Of a DNA stretch of 64,000 nucleotides, positions 18,966 through 29,753 are shown in pieces; positions within the stretch are counted from its first letter, which is position 1, and every line of letters begins with the position of its first letter. Source of the stretch: Candidatus Poribacteria bacterium (GTDB lineage: Bacteria > Poribacteria > WGA-4E > PCPOR2b); assembly GCA_965215015.1 (NCBI GenBank), contig OZ244042.1:2784001-2848000 (forward strand). Reading direction: 5' to 3'. The notes under the pieces were generated by a model that was not told the DNA's origin, made no database searches, and was given only the letters and a program-made list of their open reading frames with translations. A program made the position numbers and the translations under genes.

Positions 18966-19715
18966 ATGGCTAATATGACAACACTACACACACGCGAAAC
19001 ACTCACACATGACCTGAAAAACTTGGGCGTTGAGCGAGGGGATACGCTCTTTATTCACTCCTCCTTTAAGAGCCTCGGCCCCGTTGAAGGTGGGGCAGGA
19101 ACGGTGGTCAGCGCACTGGAGGACGCCGCTGGACGAGAGGGACTCATCTTGATGCCCTCGTTCAACCTCGTAGAAGGAAGAGAGATGCGGGTGAAAACAT
19201 GGAACCTCGAAACCACACCATCCACAGTCGGATGGCTCACCGAGTTCTTCCGCCAAATGCCTGGTACTTACCGATCCGACCACTATTCCCATTCGGTCGC
19301 TGCACGGGGCAAGGGGGCAAAGAAGTTTGTAGATACCCATCTCAGTCGCGAGGGGTATAAATCACCGTGGGACCGTGAGCCGTGGGGTAACACTTACGGC
19401 ACACACTCCCCAATGCAGAAGGTTTATCAGACCGATGGAAAGCTTCTCATGCTTGGCGTGGACTACAACACTTCGACGTATATCCATTTTGTGGAAGTCC
19501 TCTATTGGCATGAGTTGCGTGAACAGAACCCGGAAGCACCGTATCCCGCGCTGGATAGACCGATGCTTGGGGCGTTCTGGGACGAAGTCGGGAGCTTGAA
19601 CCGGGGATTGCTCGGAAATTCTAGCTGTCGCCTCTTTCGTATTCAGCCATATATCCATACCCTCTTACGTGAGGTCAAGCACAATCCCACCCCCTATCTG
19701 AGGATACGCGCCTAA
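18966..19715 (+). CDS. AAC(3) family N-acetyltransferase-like protein
   Basis: LGV..GD.LFIHSSFKSLG, G.LTE.FR, RS.H.SHSVAA.G, T.IH..E. Confidence 0.85.
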   Translation: MANMTTLHTRETLTHDLKNLGVERGDTLFIHSSFKSLGPVEGGAGTVVSALEDAAGREGLILMPSFNLVEGREMRVKTWNLETTPSTVGWLTEFFRQMPGTYRSDHYSHSVAARGKGAKKFVDTHLSREGYKSPWDREPWGNTYGTHSPMQKVYQTDGKLLMLGVDYNTSTYIHFVEVLYWHELREQNPEAPYPALDRPMLGAFWDEVGSLNRGLLGNSSCRLFRIQPYIHTLLREVKHNPTPYLRIRA

Positions 19716-19729
19716 ATGCCTTGAACTGA

Positions 19730-20551
19730 TTAATCTCTTAGTGGGGGTTTAATCTCTTTATTGAGAGCCCAGTTGGGATAGTAGTTATACACTTCGGCGC
19801 CGGGATATGGGTTGCCAAGCGGCTGCGGCGGTGCATAAAACGGTCCGGGCATTCCTATCATGACCGACATAATGAATTGCATTCCCACCGATCGGAGCGT
19901 GCGAGCAGAGCGTATATTCCAAGGTGCGGTTGAAGCAAAGATGAACCGGTTGTTTTCCAATATCCAACGCCCCGCTGCGCTCACGACAGCACGCCCCAGT
20001 CCACGTCCTTTGGCTTCCGGTGCAGTATCAATGCCTATTTCCCAAACGTGGTCATCTTCAGAGCGAACTGCTGCAAGGGACGCTAATTTGCCATCCTCAA
20101 AGATGCCGAAGCCGGTCATCGCTTCATCTTCAAAGCAATGCCAGAAAATACGATAGTCAACGGCTTCAGCTAATTCCGCCGCGGACAGCTGCACAGGACA
20201 GTGATCCCCTACCTCGCGAAAACTATCCTCGTCACCGATATAGAACCAGCTTGGTCCCCACACTCCATAGCCATCAGGCAGCAATACACGCGCAAGCTCA
20301 TACCCACCAAATGTGGAGAACAGTTCTTCCAGGGTCAGATTTTGAACGATCGGTTTAAGTTGTTCTAACCACTGCTTTTGCGTTGTGACAAGGCCACGTT
20401 CACCAATCCTCGCTGCAAATAGCGCGCTTGAAGATTGCTCTTCAGTTTCGTATACCGGTATCGGATCCAAACCTAATAGATCCAGCCGCGCTCCAATCTT
20501 TGCCTCCAACCATGGACGAAGAGTCTCAATAAGGTTTGATGCGTTCATCAC
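19730..20551 (-). CDS. GNAT family acetyltransferase
   Basis: EIGIDTAPEAKGRGLG, NIRSARTLRSVG. Confidence 0.8.
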   Translation of the reverse strand: MMNASNLIETLRPWLEAKIGARLDLLGLDPIPVYETEEQSSSALFAARIGERGLVTTQKQWLEQLKPIVQNLTLEELFSTFGGYELARVLLPDGYGVWGPSWFYIGDEDSFREVGDHCPVQLSAAELAEAVDYRIFWHCFEDEAMTGFGIFEDGKLASLAAVRSEDDHVWEIGIDTAPEAKGRGLGRAVVSAAGRWILENNRFIFASTAPWNIRSARTLRSVGMQFIMSVMIGMPGPFYAPPQPLGNPYPGAEVYNYYPNWALNKEIKPPLRD

Positions 20552-20708
20552 TATTACCCTCCCTTCGGAGCATTTCCAGATTTTGTTTCGGTGCCTGTGT
20601 GCAGTATGCCTAAGCGTTACCGATTCCTATTCCGTTAGACACATTTGATCTTTAAATCTTCAGGGATGATAGGTGATTGTGAGGAAATAATCAAGGAGAA
20701 AATACGGG

Positions 20709-22044
20709 TCACTTACCCCCATTTTTTTTGCTGTGTAATGTTGGTTGTTTTAGCGCGGTCTAGATGTGAGCAAGGGTTGTCATATATGGTAAAATACCTC
20801 CCTGTATAAAATAACCATTGTTTTAAACAAGGAGGTATTATGAAAGGCACCCACCGCCATAAGGGGGTGAATCCCAGTTCTATGATAACCACTCTGACCG
20901 AGATTTTCAACCCCGTATTGAAAAAACCGGCGTTAAAAAACCGGATACTCACGATCCTAGCCATTGTGTTGGCCCAGAAGTTTCGGATAAACGAAATTGC
21001 TTCCCGCTTGCCAATAGCCGTCAAACATCAAAAGACGAAACAGAAACGCCTGCTGCGATTCTTAGCTCGTCGCTTTCCTATTGACGCGGTGATGGGGTGC
21101 TGGTTGGGCTTTGTGCTCCGCCGGGTCTGTGAACCTCACGCCGGACGCCGGTTGATTTTAGTGGATGAAACCCAGGTGTTTGGCCATTTCAAAGCGATTG
21201 TTGCCGCGGTGCCGTTCCGCCGCCGGGCGGTTCCTATCTACTGGCACCTCTACACCGATGCTGAGATTCAACAGTTGACCTATACCAGCCATAATGAGAT
21301 TATCCAACGCTTTTGTCTCACACTGTATCAAAAGACAGAAGCGATTTTACCGCCCCCGTGTGAAGCCACGTTGATATTCGATAGAGGCTTCGCTCGTGCT
21401 AAATATGTGATAAAGTTTCTCAAGACACAACGGATTCCGTTTATCATCCGCGTGTGTCGTAACGCGCGCATGACCGTCTGGGGCACTGTTAAAAAGGCAG
21501 AACAGTTGCAGGAAACGGGGTTCTATCCACAGATTCTCTATCACTTAACCGAGCAGATTCGCCTCAACCTGTATGTCGTCAGACAGGCGCGGTTGGCTGA
21601 ACCGATGTATCTGATTTCAAGTCATCTGACGGGGCGTCACATATACCACTATTATAAGCGAAGAATGCAGATTGAACACGGATTTCGGGACATCAAGACC
21701 GGTTTTGGCTTTGGCAGCTTGAGACTCAAAAAACCGTCAAAAGCCCGCATCAACCTGTTATGGCTCTTAGCTTGTATCAGTTATGGCTTACTGTTTATCA
21801 CCTATCAAAAGTCAGGCGATCGATGGGCAAAAACATTCAACACACGGACTAAAATATACTCACTCATTACCGTGATAAAGCGAGTGGTGGCTGAGGCGTG
21901 GAGCGGGTGGTGTCTCAATCCATGGTTCACACTCCCACTGTGCAGGGGAGATACATGCAAACACCCTTAATGACAGGTATTCTCACTATCCTAAATCATA
22001 AAAATATCTCAAATCTATAACCAAAAAAAAATGGGGGTAAATGA
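20709..22044 (+). mobile_element. IS4-superfamily insertion sequence
   Basis: Terminal inverted repeats TCACTTACCCCCATTTTTTTT (20709-20729) and AAAAAAAATGGGGGTAAATGA (22024-22044) bracket a DDE transposase. No clear target duplication. Confidence 0.85.
20840..21970 (+). CDS. DDE transposase (IS4-like)
   Basis: LVDET, IFDRGF, Y.RRMQIE.GFRDIK (YREK motif). GGAGG RBS. Confidence 0.92.
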   Translation: MKGTHRHKGVNPSSMITTLTEIFNPVLKKPALKNRILTILAIVLAQKFRINEIASRLPIAVKHQKTKQKRLLRFLARRFPIDAVMGCWLGFVLRRVCEPHAGRRLILVDETQVFGHFKAIVAAVPFRRRAVPIYWHLYTDAEIQQLTYTSHNEIIQRFCLTLYQKTEAILPPPCEATLIFDRGFARAKYVIKFLKTQRIPFIIRVCRNARMTVWGTVKKAEQLQETGFYPQILYHLTEQIRLNLYVVRQARLAEPMYLISSHLTGRHIYHYYKRRMQIEHGFRDIKTGFGFGSLRLKKPSKARINLLWLLACISYGLLFITYQKSGDRWAKTFNTRTKIYSLITVIKRVVAEAWSGWCLNPWFTLPLCRGDTCKHP

Positions 22045-22330
22045 AGTATTTACCGCTTTCCACATTCGGGTCATTTAATTCTCCTGTAGGTTAAAGAGTC
22101 GCGGAACGGAGAGGGATTTCCGAATCCTGACACACATCGCCGTAGAGAGGAGCTCCAAATCCCGACCTCCTACTCAGGCAGGAAGAAAACCGAAAACTAA
22201 ATAGCCCTAATGTCCGGCATATTGCAATTGATTATTTTTGCCATAGTATGATATACTGAATTTTGCCCTATTCTTATCTTTTCCTCCCTTATCTTTTCCT
22301 CCGTTGATAGGGGGACACAGAGGAGTCAAC

Positions 22331-22873
22331 TTGGTGAATAGAAAATTATGTTTCGCGATTGGGCTTGCAATGCTGATCTGTTTAACGTTCTCGGCGTATT
22401 TGGCGTACTCTCACGATGCGTTTTACCCGCATCACCGCGAGGATCTCCGCAAAGAGGAAGGACGACTGACTGTGGTGTTCATTACAGCTGGGTTTGTCGT
22501 TCTGTTGGGTGCGGTTTTCTATATGGTGTTACGCAACGAAAAACGAGAGGGTGAGCGGACGCGTGAATCGGAGCAGGACCGCTTAGCGGGTGCAGTAAAC
22601 GAAGCCGCGCATGTTGGGCGCACTACCCTTTTTGAGGGGGAAACTGCTGAAGCGACAATCCATGCCACTTTGGCAGCTTACGCCAAACGCTTAAAGGTTG
22701 CATGGAATCCAACTTCTGTACTGGTGGTTGGGAACGCCATCCGATGTCAGATCGGAGGGGATGTAATCGTTGTTAGAATCTTTCATCAGGCGGATCAATA
22801 TAAAATTGAGGTCAAAGCCTCTCGAGATGAGGTGAGCGCAGGATCTGTGCTGGAAGTGGTGCGTGACGATTGA
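22331..22873 (+). CDS. Hypothetical membrane protein (signal peptide, His-rich N-terminus, TM helix)
   Basis: GAGGAG RBS before TTG/GTG, hydrophobic leader, HDAFYPHH, second hydrophobic segment. Confidence 0.6.
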   Translation: MVNRKLCFAIGLAMLICLTFSAYLAYSHDAFYPHHREDLRKEEGRLTVVFITAGFVVLLGAVFYMVLRNEKREGERTRESEQDRLAGAVNEAAHVGRTTLFEGETAEATIHATLAAYAKRLKVAWNPTSVLVVGNAIRCQIGGDVIVVRIFHQADQYKIEVKASRDEVSAGSVLEVVRDD

Positions 22874-23026
22874 TGCGTCGTCCTTCACGGAAACGTTTCG
22901 CTCCCTGTGGATTGACAAATCCACAGTCCATCATTGCGAGCCCACTTGGATTGGGCAATCCAAGCAGAGCTGTAATAGAAACGCTTCGACCGTCCCCGGC
23001 ATCTGCATCTATCGACGAGGTAAGCC

Positions 23027-24592
23027 ATGAACATAGGTAAATTACTGACAAAGTCTGCTCGAACTTTTCCCGAAAACCTCGCAATTGCATACGGTTCTAA
23101 GAAATTGACGTATGCCGAATTTAACACGCGAGCCAACTGCCTGGCATACGGGCTTAACAGACTTGGTGTCCGGCAGGGGGATAACGTGGCGGTATTGATG
23201 TATAACTGTCCTGAGATGTTGGAGTCAATGTTTGCTTGCTTCAAGGCGGGGTGCGGCGTCATACCCATTAATTTCCGGCTACACCCCAAAGAGTTTGCCT
23301 TTATCATCAGCCATTCTGAAGCCAAAGTGGTGATTATCTCGTCTGAATTCAACGAGGCAATTGTCGACATCTGCGCCGACATTCCACAAGTCAGTTATAT
23401 TATCAGCGTATCTAGGGCGCAAGAGCCATTTCTGGATTACGAAACCGTGCTATCCACCGAGTCGAATCAGTTTGAAGATGTAGATGTCGCTCCTGATGAC
23501 GTGGCGTGGCTCTTTTATACCTCCGGGACAACAGGTCAGCCCAAGGGCGCGATGTTGACGCACCGTAACTTACTCGGCATGACGATGAACTTCTACGCGG
23601 ACATGTGCCCGGGATTTGGCCCCAACGATGTCGCGCTCCACGCCGCCCCTTTATCACATGGAAGCGGGTGCTATGCACTGCCCAACGTTGGCAAGGCAGC
23701 AGCTAACGTTATTCTGGAAGCAAAATCCTTTGACCCGGAACAGGTGTTAAAAACGATTGAAGCGTACCGCGTGACAAATATGTTTGCTGCACCGACCATG
23801 ATCAAACTGTTGATAGATTGCCCGGCGATAGCCCAATACGACCACAGTTCATTGAGGGTGTTAAACTACGGCGGCGCACCGATGTTGGTCGAGGACCTGA
23901 TGCAAGCGATGGCAAAACTGGGGCCCTGCCTTGTCCAACTTTACGGGCAGGCGGAATCTCCCATGACCATTACCTATCTCTCCCATGATGACCATATCCT
24001 CGACGGAGCTCCGGATCAGATGAAGCGACTCGCATCAGCAGGCATCCCGCGCACCGATGTAGAAGTAAAAATTGTCGATTCCGATGATAATGAACTCCCT
24101 CCCGGGGAGATGGGAGAGATTGTTACACGCTCAGATCTGGTGATGAAGGGGTACTGGCGAGATCCGGCAGCCACTGCTGAAACCTTGCGGAATGGGTGGC
24201 TGCATACCGGAGATATCGGCTACATTGATGAATACGGCTACCTTTTTTTGATGGATCGGTCAAAGGATCTGATTATCAGCGGGGGAGAAAACATCTATCC
24301 CCGAGAAATCGAGGAGGTAATTGTCCAACATCCCGCGGTTCGAGAGGTCGCTGTGATCGGGATTCCGGACCTAACATGGGGTGAGTCGATCAAAGCGGTC
24401 GTCTCGCTTTTACCTGAGAGAGATGTCACAGAGACAGAACTGATTAATTTTTGCACAGACCATATAGCCCGCTACAAACGGCCCAAATCGATCGATTTTG
24501 TCGAAGAACTGCCCAAGAATAACTACGGAAAAATTCTCAAGCGGGAGTTGAGAGCAAAGTATTGGGAAGGAAAAGCCAGTCAAGTAATATAG
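23027..24592 (+). CDS. Acyl-CoA synthetase (AMP-binding, long-chain fatty acid-CoA ligase family)
   Basis: YTSGTTGQPKG, YGQAE, HTGD, DRSKD.IISGGENIYP, PKN..GKILKR. Confidence 0.95.
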   Translation: MNIGKLLTKSARTFPENLAIAYGSKKLTYAEFNTRANCLAYGLNRLGVRQGDNVAVLMYNCPEMLESMFACFKAGCGVIPINFRLHPKEFAFIISHSEAKVVIISSEFNEAIVDICADIPQVSYIISVSRAQEPFLDYETVLSTESNQFEDVDVAPDDVAWLFYTSGTTGQPKGAMLTHRNLLGMTMNFYADMCPGFGPNDVALHAAPLSHGSGCYALPNVGKAAANVILEAKSFDPEQVLKTIEAYRVTNMFAAPTMIKLLIDCPAIAQYDHSSLRVLNYGGAPMLVEDLMQAMAKLGPCLVQLYGQAESPMTITYLSHDDHILDGAPDQMKRLASAGIPRTDVEVKIVDSDDNELPPGEMGEIVTRSDLVMKGYWRDPAATAETLRNGWLHTGDIGYIDEYGYLFLMDRSKDLIISGGENIYPREIEEVIVQHPAVREVAVIGIPDLTWGESIKAVVSLLPERDVTETELINFCTDHIARYKRPKSIDFVEELPKNNYGKILKRELRAKYWEGKASQVI

Positions 24593-24597
24593 TTGCT

Positions 24598-24716
24598 AGT
24601 AGTAGGCATACGCCGTATCCCGTACCCCTCGCTTGCGGGGGATTCGAGGGGGGGACAGCACGGCGGATCGTACCTACTACTGCCGGATTAACTGTAGCCG
24701 CCCGATTCATCGAGGC
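24598..24716. repeat. Nested REP-like palindromes
   Basis: AGTAGTAGG..CGCCGT...ACGGCG..CCTACTACT outer stem enclosing CCCCTCGCTTGCGGGG, followed by GTAGCCGCCCGATTCATCGAGG. Confidence 0.65.
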
Positions 24717-24828
24717 ATCTTCACAGGCGATTTATCACCAAGGATACCATGACTATTGCGTGCCCTTTGCTGGTGTTGGCACCGAAGGTTCAACTGCGTA
24801 AGTCCTATAATGTAAAAAGGAGATTGAC

Positions 24829-26094
24829 ATGAATAAGCAGCGAAAGTTGGGACGCGGCGTCGCGATGGTCGGCGCGGGGATGTCAGGGTTCAATATGTTC
24901 AAGGATCGGGACTCAAAGGATTTGTTTACCGAAGCCTTCGTTGAAATGAGCGCATCCGTGGATAAGGGGCTCGATCCGGCTGACATTGACGCGCTGTACA
25001 TTGGCAATTTCACAAACGACTTTTTTGCCCATCAGTCGCATTGGGGCGCAATTCTTTCGGATTCCCTTGGACTCGTTCCCAAACCGGCGACACGGATTGA
25101 AGGTGCTTGCGCTTCAAGCGCGCTCGCTTTTCGGGAGGGAGTTTTTGCCATCGCATCCGGTTTCTACGATGTGGTCTTGGTCGGTGGCGTCGAGGATATG
25201 TCGAAAGAGAGCACCGAAACGATCGCCGAGGGCTTGGCTCTGGCGGCAATCCCTTATGAACGGAAGGCAGGCTTTACGTTCCCCGGGGTTTTCGGGGCGA
25301 TTGCGACCGCATATTTTGAGAAATATGGTGCTTCCCGCGAACACCTAATGGATATTACCATCAAGAGCCACGACAACGCGCCGTTGAACCCGAAAGCGCA
25401 GTATAAAGCTACGATTCGCGATATTATGCTGTCGAAAATCAAACGGTCGAAAGAAAAAGGGGGCGCAGTACCAGATTGGAACGATGAGAAGGATTTTCTG
25501 CGTGACCCAATCGTCAATCCCGCAATTGCTTGGCCCATGCACCTTTTTGATTGCTGTCCAATCAGCGACGGTGCGGCGTGCATTCTCTTGGTTGGGGCGG
25601 AGATTGCCAAACACTTTACCGATGACCCACTATATCTCGCTGGCATTGGTCAAGCAAGTGGGCGGGGGCTCAACGCCGCCGATGATCTGACATACTTTGA
25701 AGCAACGCGGCACGCCGCTAACGAGGCTTACGAAATGTCCGGGTTGACGCCCGCAGATATTCAGTTTGCAGAGGTGCACGACTGCTTCTCGATTGCAGAA
25801 CTCCTGCATATTGAAGACCTCGGATTTTTTAAGCCGGGCGAGGGTTACAAAGCGGTGGCAGATGGTTTAACAAAATTAGATGGCGAGAAGCCGATTAACA
25901 CGTCCGGAGGGCTCAAGTGTAAGGGACATCCGGTCGGGGCAACGGGTGCAGCGCAGTTAATAGAAGTATGGGAGCAGTTGAGGAACCAGGCGGGGGATAG
26001 AAACGTACCAATTGAAGACCTGCGCATCGGTGCCGCGCACAATTTGGGTGGGACCGGCGGCACCTGCACGTTTACCATTCTAGAAAGGAGATAA
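24829..26094 (+). CDS. Thiolase, SCP-x/archaeal type
   Basis: EGACASS (catalytic Cys), DCCPISDGAA, EVHDCF, KGHPVGATG, HNLGG. Confidence 0.92.
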   Translation: MNKQRKLGRGVAMVGAGMSGFNMFKDRDSKDLFTEAFVEMSASVDKGLDPADIDALYIGNFTNDFFAHQSHWGAILSDSLGLVPKPATRIEGACASSALAFREGVFAIASGFYDVVLVGGVEDMSKESTETIAEGLALAAIPYERKAGFTFPGVFGAIATAYFEKYGASREHLMDITIKSHDNAPLNPKAQYKATIRDIMLSKIKRSKEKGGAVPDWNDEKDFLRDPIVNPAIAWPMHLFDCCPISDGAACILLVGAEIAKHFTDDPLYLAGIGQASGRGLNAADDLTYFEATRHAANEAYEMSGLTPADIQFAEVHDCFSIAELLHIEDLGFFKPGEGYKAVADGLTKLDGEKPINTSGGLKCKGHPVGATGAAQLIEVWEQLRNQAGDRNVPIEDLRIGAAHNLGGTGGTCTFTILERR

Positions 26095-26096
26095 CT

Positions 26097-26522
26097 GTGG
26101 CGGATAGACCGATAAGTGATTACCAGTTTGAACGGTTTCTGGAGGAAGGGAAACTAATGGGTGCTCAGTGCGTCGGATGCGGTGCCCTTTTTGTGCCGCC
26201 ACGTGCTATCTGTATCAAATGCCACGGCTCGGAGATGGAATGGGTGGAAACAAGAGGAGAGGGGCACTTAGTCGCCTTTACCTGTATCTCGATTGGACCC
26301 CCTGCGATGATTGCGGAGGGGTATGACAGGAACAACCCGTACTGTTCAGGAGCGGTCGAGTTGGTGGAGGGCCCGCGGGTGGTCGCACGGATTGAAGGCG
26401 TTGACACGCTTCATCCTGAAACGATAAAGGTTGGAACGCCGATGAAAGCGGCGTTTCTGCGTCGAGGGGCAGATGAGGACCGGAAAACCGTCTTGGGGTT
26501 CACACCGGTTGACGAAAATTAA
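26097..26522 (+). CDS. Zn-ribbon/OB-fold protein (DUF35/ChsH2-like), thiolase partner
   Basis: C..CG....PPR..C..C, then OB-fold V.L.EG.RV.A. Confidence 0.9.
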   Translation: MADRPISDYQFERFLEEGKLMGAQCVGCGALFVPPRAICIKCHGSEMEWVETRGEGHLVAFTCISIGPPAMIAEGYDRNNPYCSGAVELVEGPRVVARIEGVDTLHPETIKVGTPMKAAFLRRGADEDRKTVLGFTPVDEN

Positions 26523-26593
26523 AACGCAATGCGTTTCGTTATGCCTTTTTCGTATCGTTGGCACTTTCAGCAGAAGCAGTTTAGTTAATCGTT

Positions 26594-26883
26594 TAGCAGG
26601 TCAAGATTGATATCTCGACAAAACGCCCGGACTATAGTGCAATAATCCGGGCGGATTGAGCCTAGATTATTGCACAATGTTCGATGTATTTTCGATTTTA
26701 GAAAATTGACCTACTAGAGCTGACGCAGGTTGTGGGTAGGCCAGGCATCCTACCTCTTTCCGTAATCCAACATCGGTTTTGTGGGTAGGCAGGGGCAGGA
26801 GGCCATTAACCGTGGGGCGGTTTAGTAGGTCGAGATTCATATCTCGACGCCCAAATGTCGATTTTAGAAAATCGACCTACTAG
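26594..26883. repeat. Two REP doublets (REPIN-like)
   Basis: TAGTAGGTCGAGATTCATATCTCGAC...GTCGATTTTAGAAAATCGACCTACTAG at 26823-26883. A degenerate copy at 26594-26717 carries an inserted inverted repeat. Confidence 0.75.
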
Positions 26884-26897
26884 AAAGGTAGGTCGTT

Positions 26898-28713
26898 GTG
26901 AGTTCATTTCGCCGAATTTCCTTTGCGTTTCACATTTTGCTCTTTCTATTTCTGTCCCCGCTCGCAATTGGCAATTCAGATCAACACGCTCTCCCCTCCT
27001 CCGATAACGCCGAAAAGCCTTACCTGATTCGTCAGATTATCTTTGAAGGGGTTGAACACCTGAACCAGAAGCAGCTGTCTAAGCTGGTCGATATTGATCC
27101 AGGACAGCCTTACCTGCCAGCAGAGATGGTTGTCGGACTCAATCGGGTGCTGGAAAAGTACCGTGAAAGCGGATTTGTATTTGCCTCAATCGAACCCGAA
27201 GTGACAACCCTCCCCCCCGATCAGGTGCAGGTCCGCCTCCACATCCACGAGGGGCCGCGGGTTCGTACAGGCGAGATTACGATTGAAGGGAATCATCTGT
27301 TTTCGACCGGCGACATCCGTCGTGAGCTCGGTTTGCAGAAAGGGACGCCTTTCAGTCAGACCGCCTTTGAACAAGGGATCGACAAGCTCTTAGCCCTCTA
27401 CAGCGAGCGCGGCTATCCCAAGGCGGAAATTGAACCGACGGACTTCCATCTGTCAGAGGAAGGGGGAAAGGTTGACTTGCACCTCCAAATTCGTGAGGGA
27501 AGTCAGGTTCGGATCGAAGCGGTGAAGCTGACCGGTCTACAGAAAACGAAGCCTGAAGTGGTCCTCCGCGAGTTACCGATTCAAACGGGCGATGTTTTTG
27601 ATCAGCGCAAAATCGATCAGAGTTTCCACCGCCTGGTAAACCTAGGCTACTTTTACGAGGTCAGTCCATCCCTGCTTCAGGAGGGTGGGACACCGGAGGA
27701 GATTATCTTTAACGCGAAGGTAACGGAAGCGCGGACTGGTGCGGTCAGCGGTGTCATTGGCTATGCTCCGCCAACTACGGAGTTTGAGGGCGCGCCACAA
27801 TTGACAGGCGTGATTGAAGCGACGGAGACGAATCTTTTGGGGACAGGACGGGGGGCAAATTTTCTTTGGAAATCTGGCTTACTTCGGATGTTAAAAATTG
27901 GTTACACCGAACCGTGGGCGTTTGGAAAGCCGCTTAAAATCGGTGTCGAGTATTCGCAGGTGAGACAGAGAAACCAGTTCACCGATGCTGAGTCAAATGA
28001 GCGTGCTGCATCCGTGACTATTGGGGCCCGCTTCCGACGATTATTTGAGGGTTTGCTGGGGGTTTCCTATAAACGGATTGGGCTTCTCACCGACGCCCCC
28101 CCCCCTCGCTACTACCTCCCCGTCCCGCCACTCGTCAATTACAGATGTGACAGATTCAGCAGCGCAAAGCGGTGTGAAGTACGGTGTGACCTTGGGACTG
28201 ACCCGCGATAGTAGAGATTACTTTCTGAACCCAACCCGCGGCCGCCTTGACCACGTGGCGTGTGAGTTTTCAACAGGGGATTTCAAGCTGCGCAAACTGT
28301 GGGTAGATCTGCGGGGTTACTTCCCGACATGGCGAAGGCAGGTGATCGCCATCGGTTTACACGGTGCGGCGGCGTGGGGAGACAACATTCCACCGACGGA
28401 GCTCTTTTATCTGGGTGGGGCAAACACTTTGCGCGGTTACGACGAAGATTGGTTTTTTGGAGCCCGCCGCGTCTATGCGAACCTCGAATATCGGTTGTTG
28501 GTCGGACGCACATCGCAGTTCTTTGTATTCACCGATTTGGGGACAGTTACCCAAGTAAATCAGCCCACCGTCTTTGACCCGCTCCGTGTCGGTTACGGGT
28601 TCGGTATGCGGCTTGAATCAAAGGGCGGGTTGCTGCGGATGGATTACGGTCTTGCCGAAGGACGCTCTGCTTTGGAGGGAAAAATTCATGTCAATCTCGG
28701 AACAGCGTTCTAA
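26898..28713 (+). CDS. Omp85/BamA-TamA family outer membrane protein with POTRA domains; +1 frameshift in a C10 run at 28096-28105
   Basis: POTRA repeats in 26898-28211, barrel with FYLGGANTLRGY and terminal Phe in 28021-28713. The frames join if the run is C9. Confidence 0.85.
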
Positions 28714-29689
28714 ACAATCTAGCAGGAAATTCGACCTCGATCAGATCCGGCGCATCTTGATCCTCCGCATGGGCCCCCTCGGCGAGACACTCTTAACGAC
28801 CCCTGTAATCCGAGCACTGCGGTGCCGTTTTCCAGAGGCATACATCGCTTACATGATTGCCCCGGGACGCGAAGATCTCGTTTCCGAAAACCCGAATCTG
28901 GACGAGGTGATTACTTACAGCGTGTCGATTCCCAAGCTAATTTATCAGATGGCGAAAAGGTCATTCCATATGGTAGTAATCCTTCAACCGACGTTTCGCC
29001 TTGTGTTCCACACATTTCTCGCACGTATCCCATTTCGAATTGGTTTTGAGACCAACTCTGGCCAGGAACGCTTGCTTCATGTCGCCGTTCCCAATAACAT
29101 TGACCAGCACGAGGCTGCTAGATATCTTGACGTTGTGCGTGGTATTGGGATTGAGCCGGATAACGAGGAGCCTGAGATGTTTGTGAACGCAGCGGCACAG
29201 GGGTGGGCGGACAATTTCCTCGCTGGTGCTAGCGTCCGCTTGGATCGCCCCCTAATCGGGTTGAATCCTGGGTCGGGATCTGAATCCCGTCGCTGGTCAA
29301 AGGCAGGATTTGCACAAGTAGGAGACCGGCTATATCAGAAGTGGGATGCCCAGATTTTTATCACCGCCGGCGATGCGGAAGGGTCGCTGCCTCACGAAGT
29401 GGCGGATCTGATGTCCTGCTCGCCAATTATCCTCACAGGAATAACTCCGATGCAGCTCGGGGCGATGCTCCAAAAATGTCGGCTCTATATCAGCAACGAT
29501 ACAGGTCCCATGCACATGAGCACAGCGATCAAAACTCCAACGATTGCGTTATTTGGTGCATCGAATCCGCGGCAGTGGGGCCCCCATTGGCATCCACACA
29601 CGGTGATTGCCCGTGAAAGCATGGAAGATATTACCGTCGAAGATGTATTGGGGGCGGCAGATCTGTCGCTATCCGGCTCCTATCTATAA
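28688..29689 (+). CDS. Glycosyltransferase family 9 (ADP-heptose:LPS heptosyltransferase-like)
   Basis: GPLGETLLTTP.I.ALR..FP.A.I, ISNDTGPMH, TIALFG. GGAGG RBS before ATG 28688. Confidence 0.9.
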   Translation: MSISEQRSKQSSRKFDLDQIRRILILRMGPLGETLLTTPVIRALRCRFPEAYIAYMIAPGREDLVSENPNLDEVITYSVSIPKLIYQMAKRSFHMVVILQPTFRLVFHTFLARIPFRIGFETNSGQERLLHVAVPNNIDQHEAARYLDVVRGIGIEPDNEEPEMFVNAAAQGWADNFLAGASVRLDRPLIGLNPGSGSESRRWSKAGFAQVGDRLYQKWDAQIFITAGDAEGSLPHEVADLMSCSPIILTGITPMQLGAMLQKCRLYISNDTGPMHMSTAIKTPTIALFGASNPRQWGPHWHPHTVIARESMEDITVEDVLGAADLSLSGSYL

Positions 29690-29753
29690 GGAGCAGTAAG
29701 GGTAGAGATTCACAAACGGTTGGATTCAGGGACTCAAAAATTCATCGCACACC

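Noticed and set aside
22273-22302. 15-bp tandem duplication CTTATCTTTTCCTCC x2
   Set aside because: Real but isolated, with no evidence of function.
22885-23382. 165-aa minus-strand ORF
   Set aside because: Antisense shadow of the acyl-CoA synthetase.
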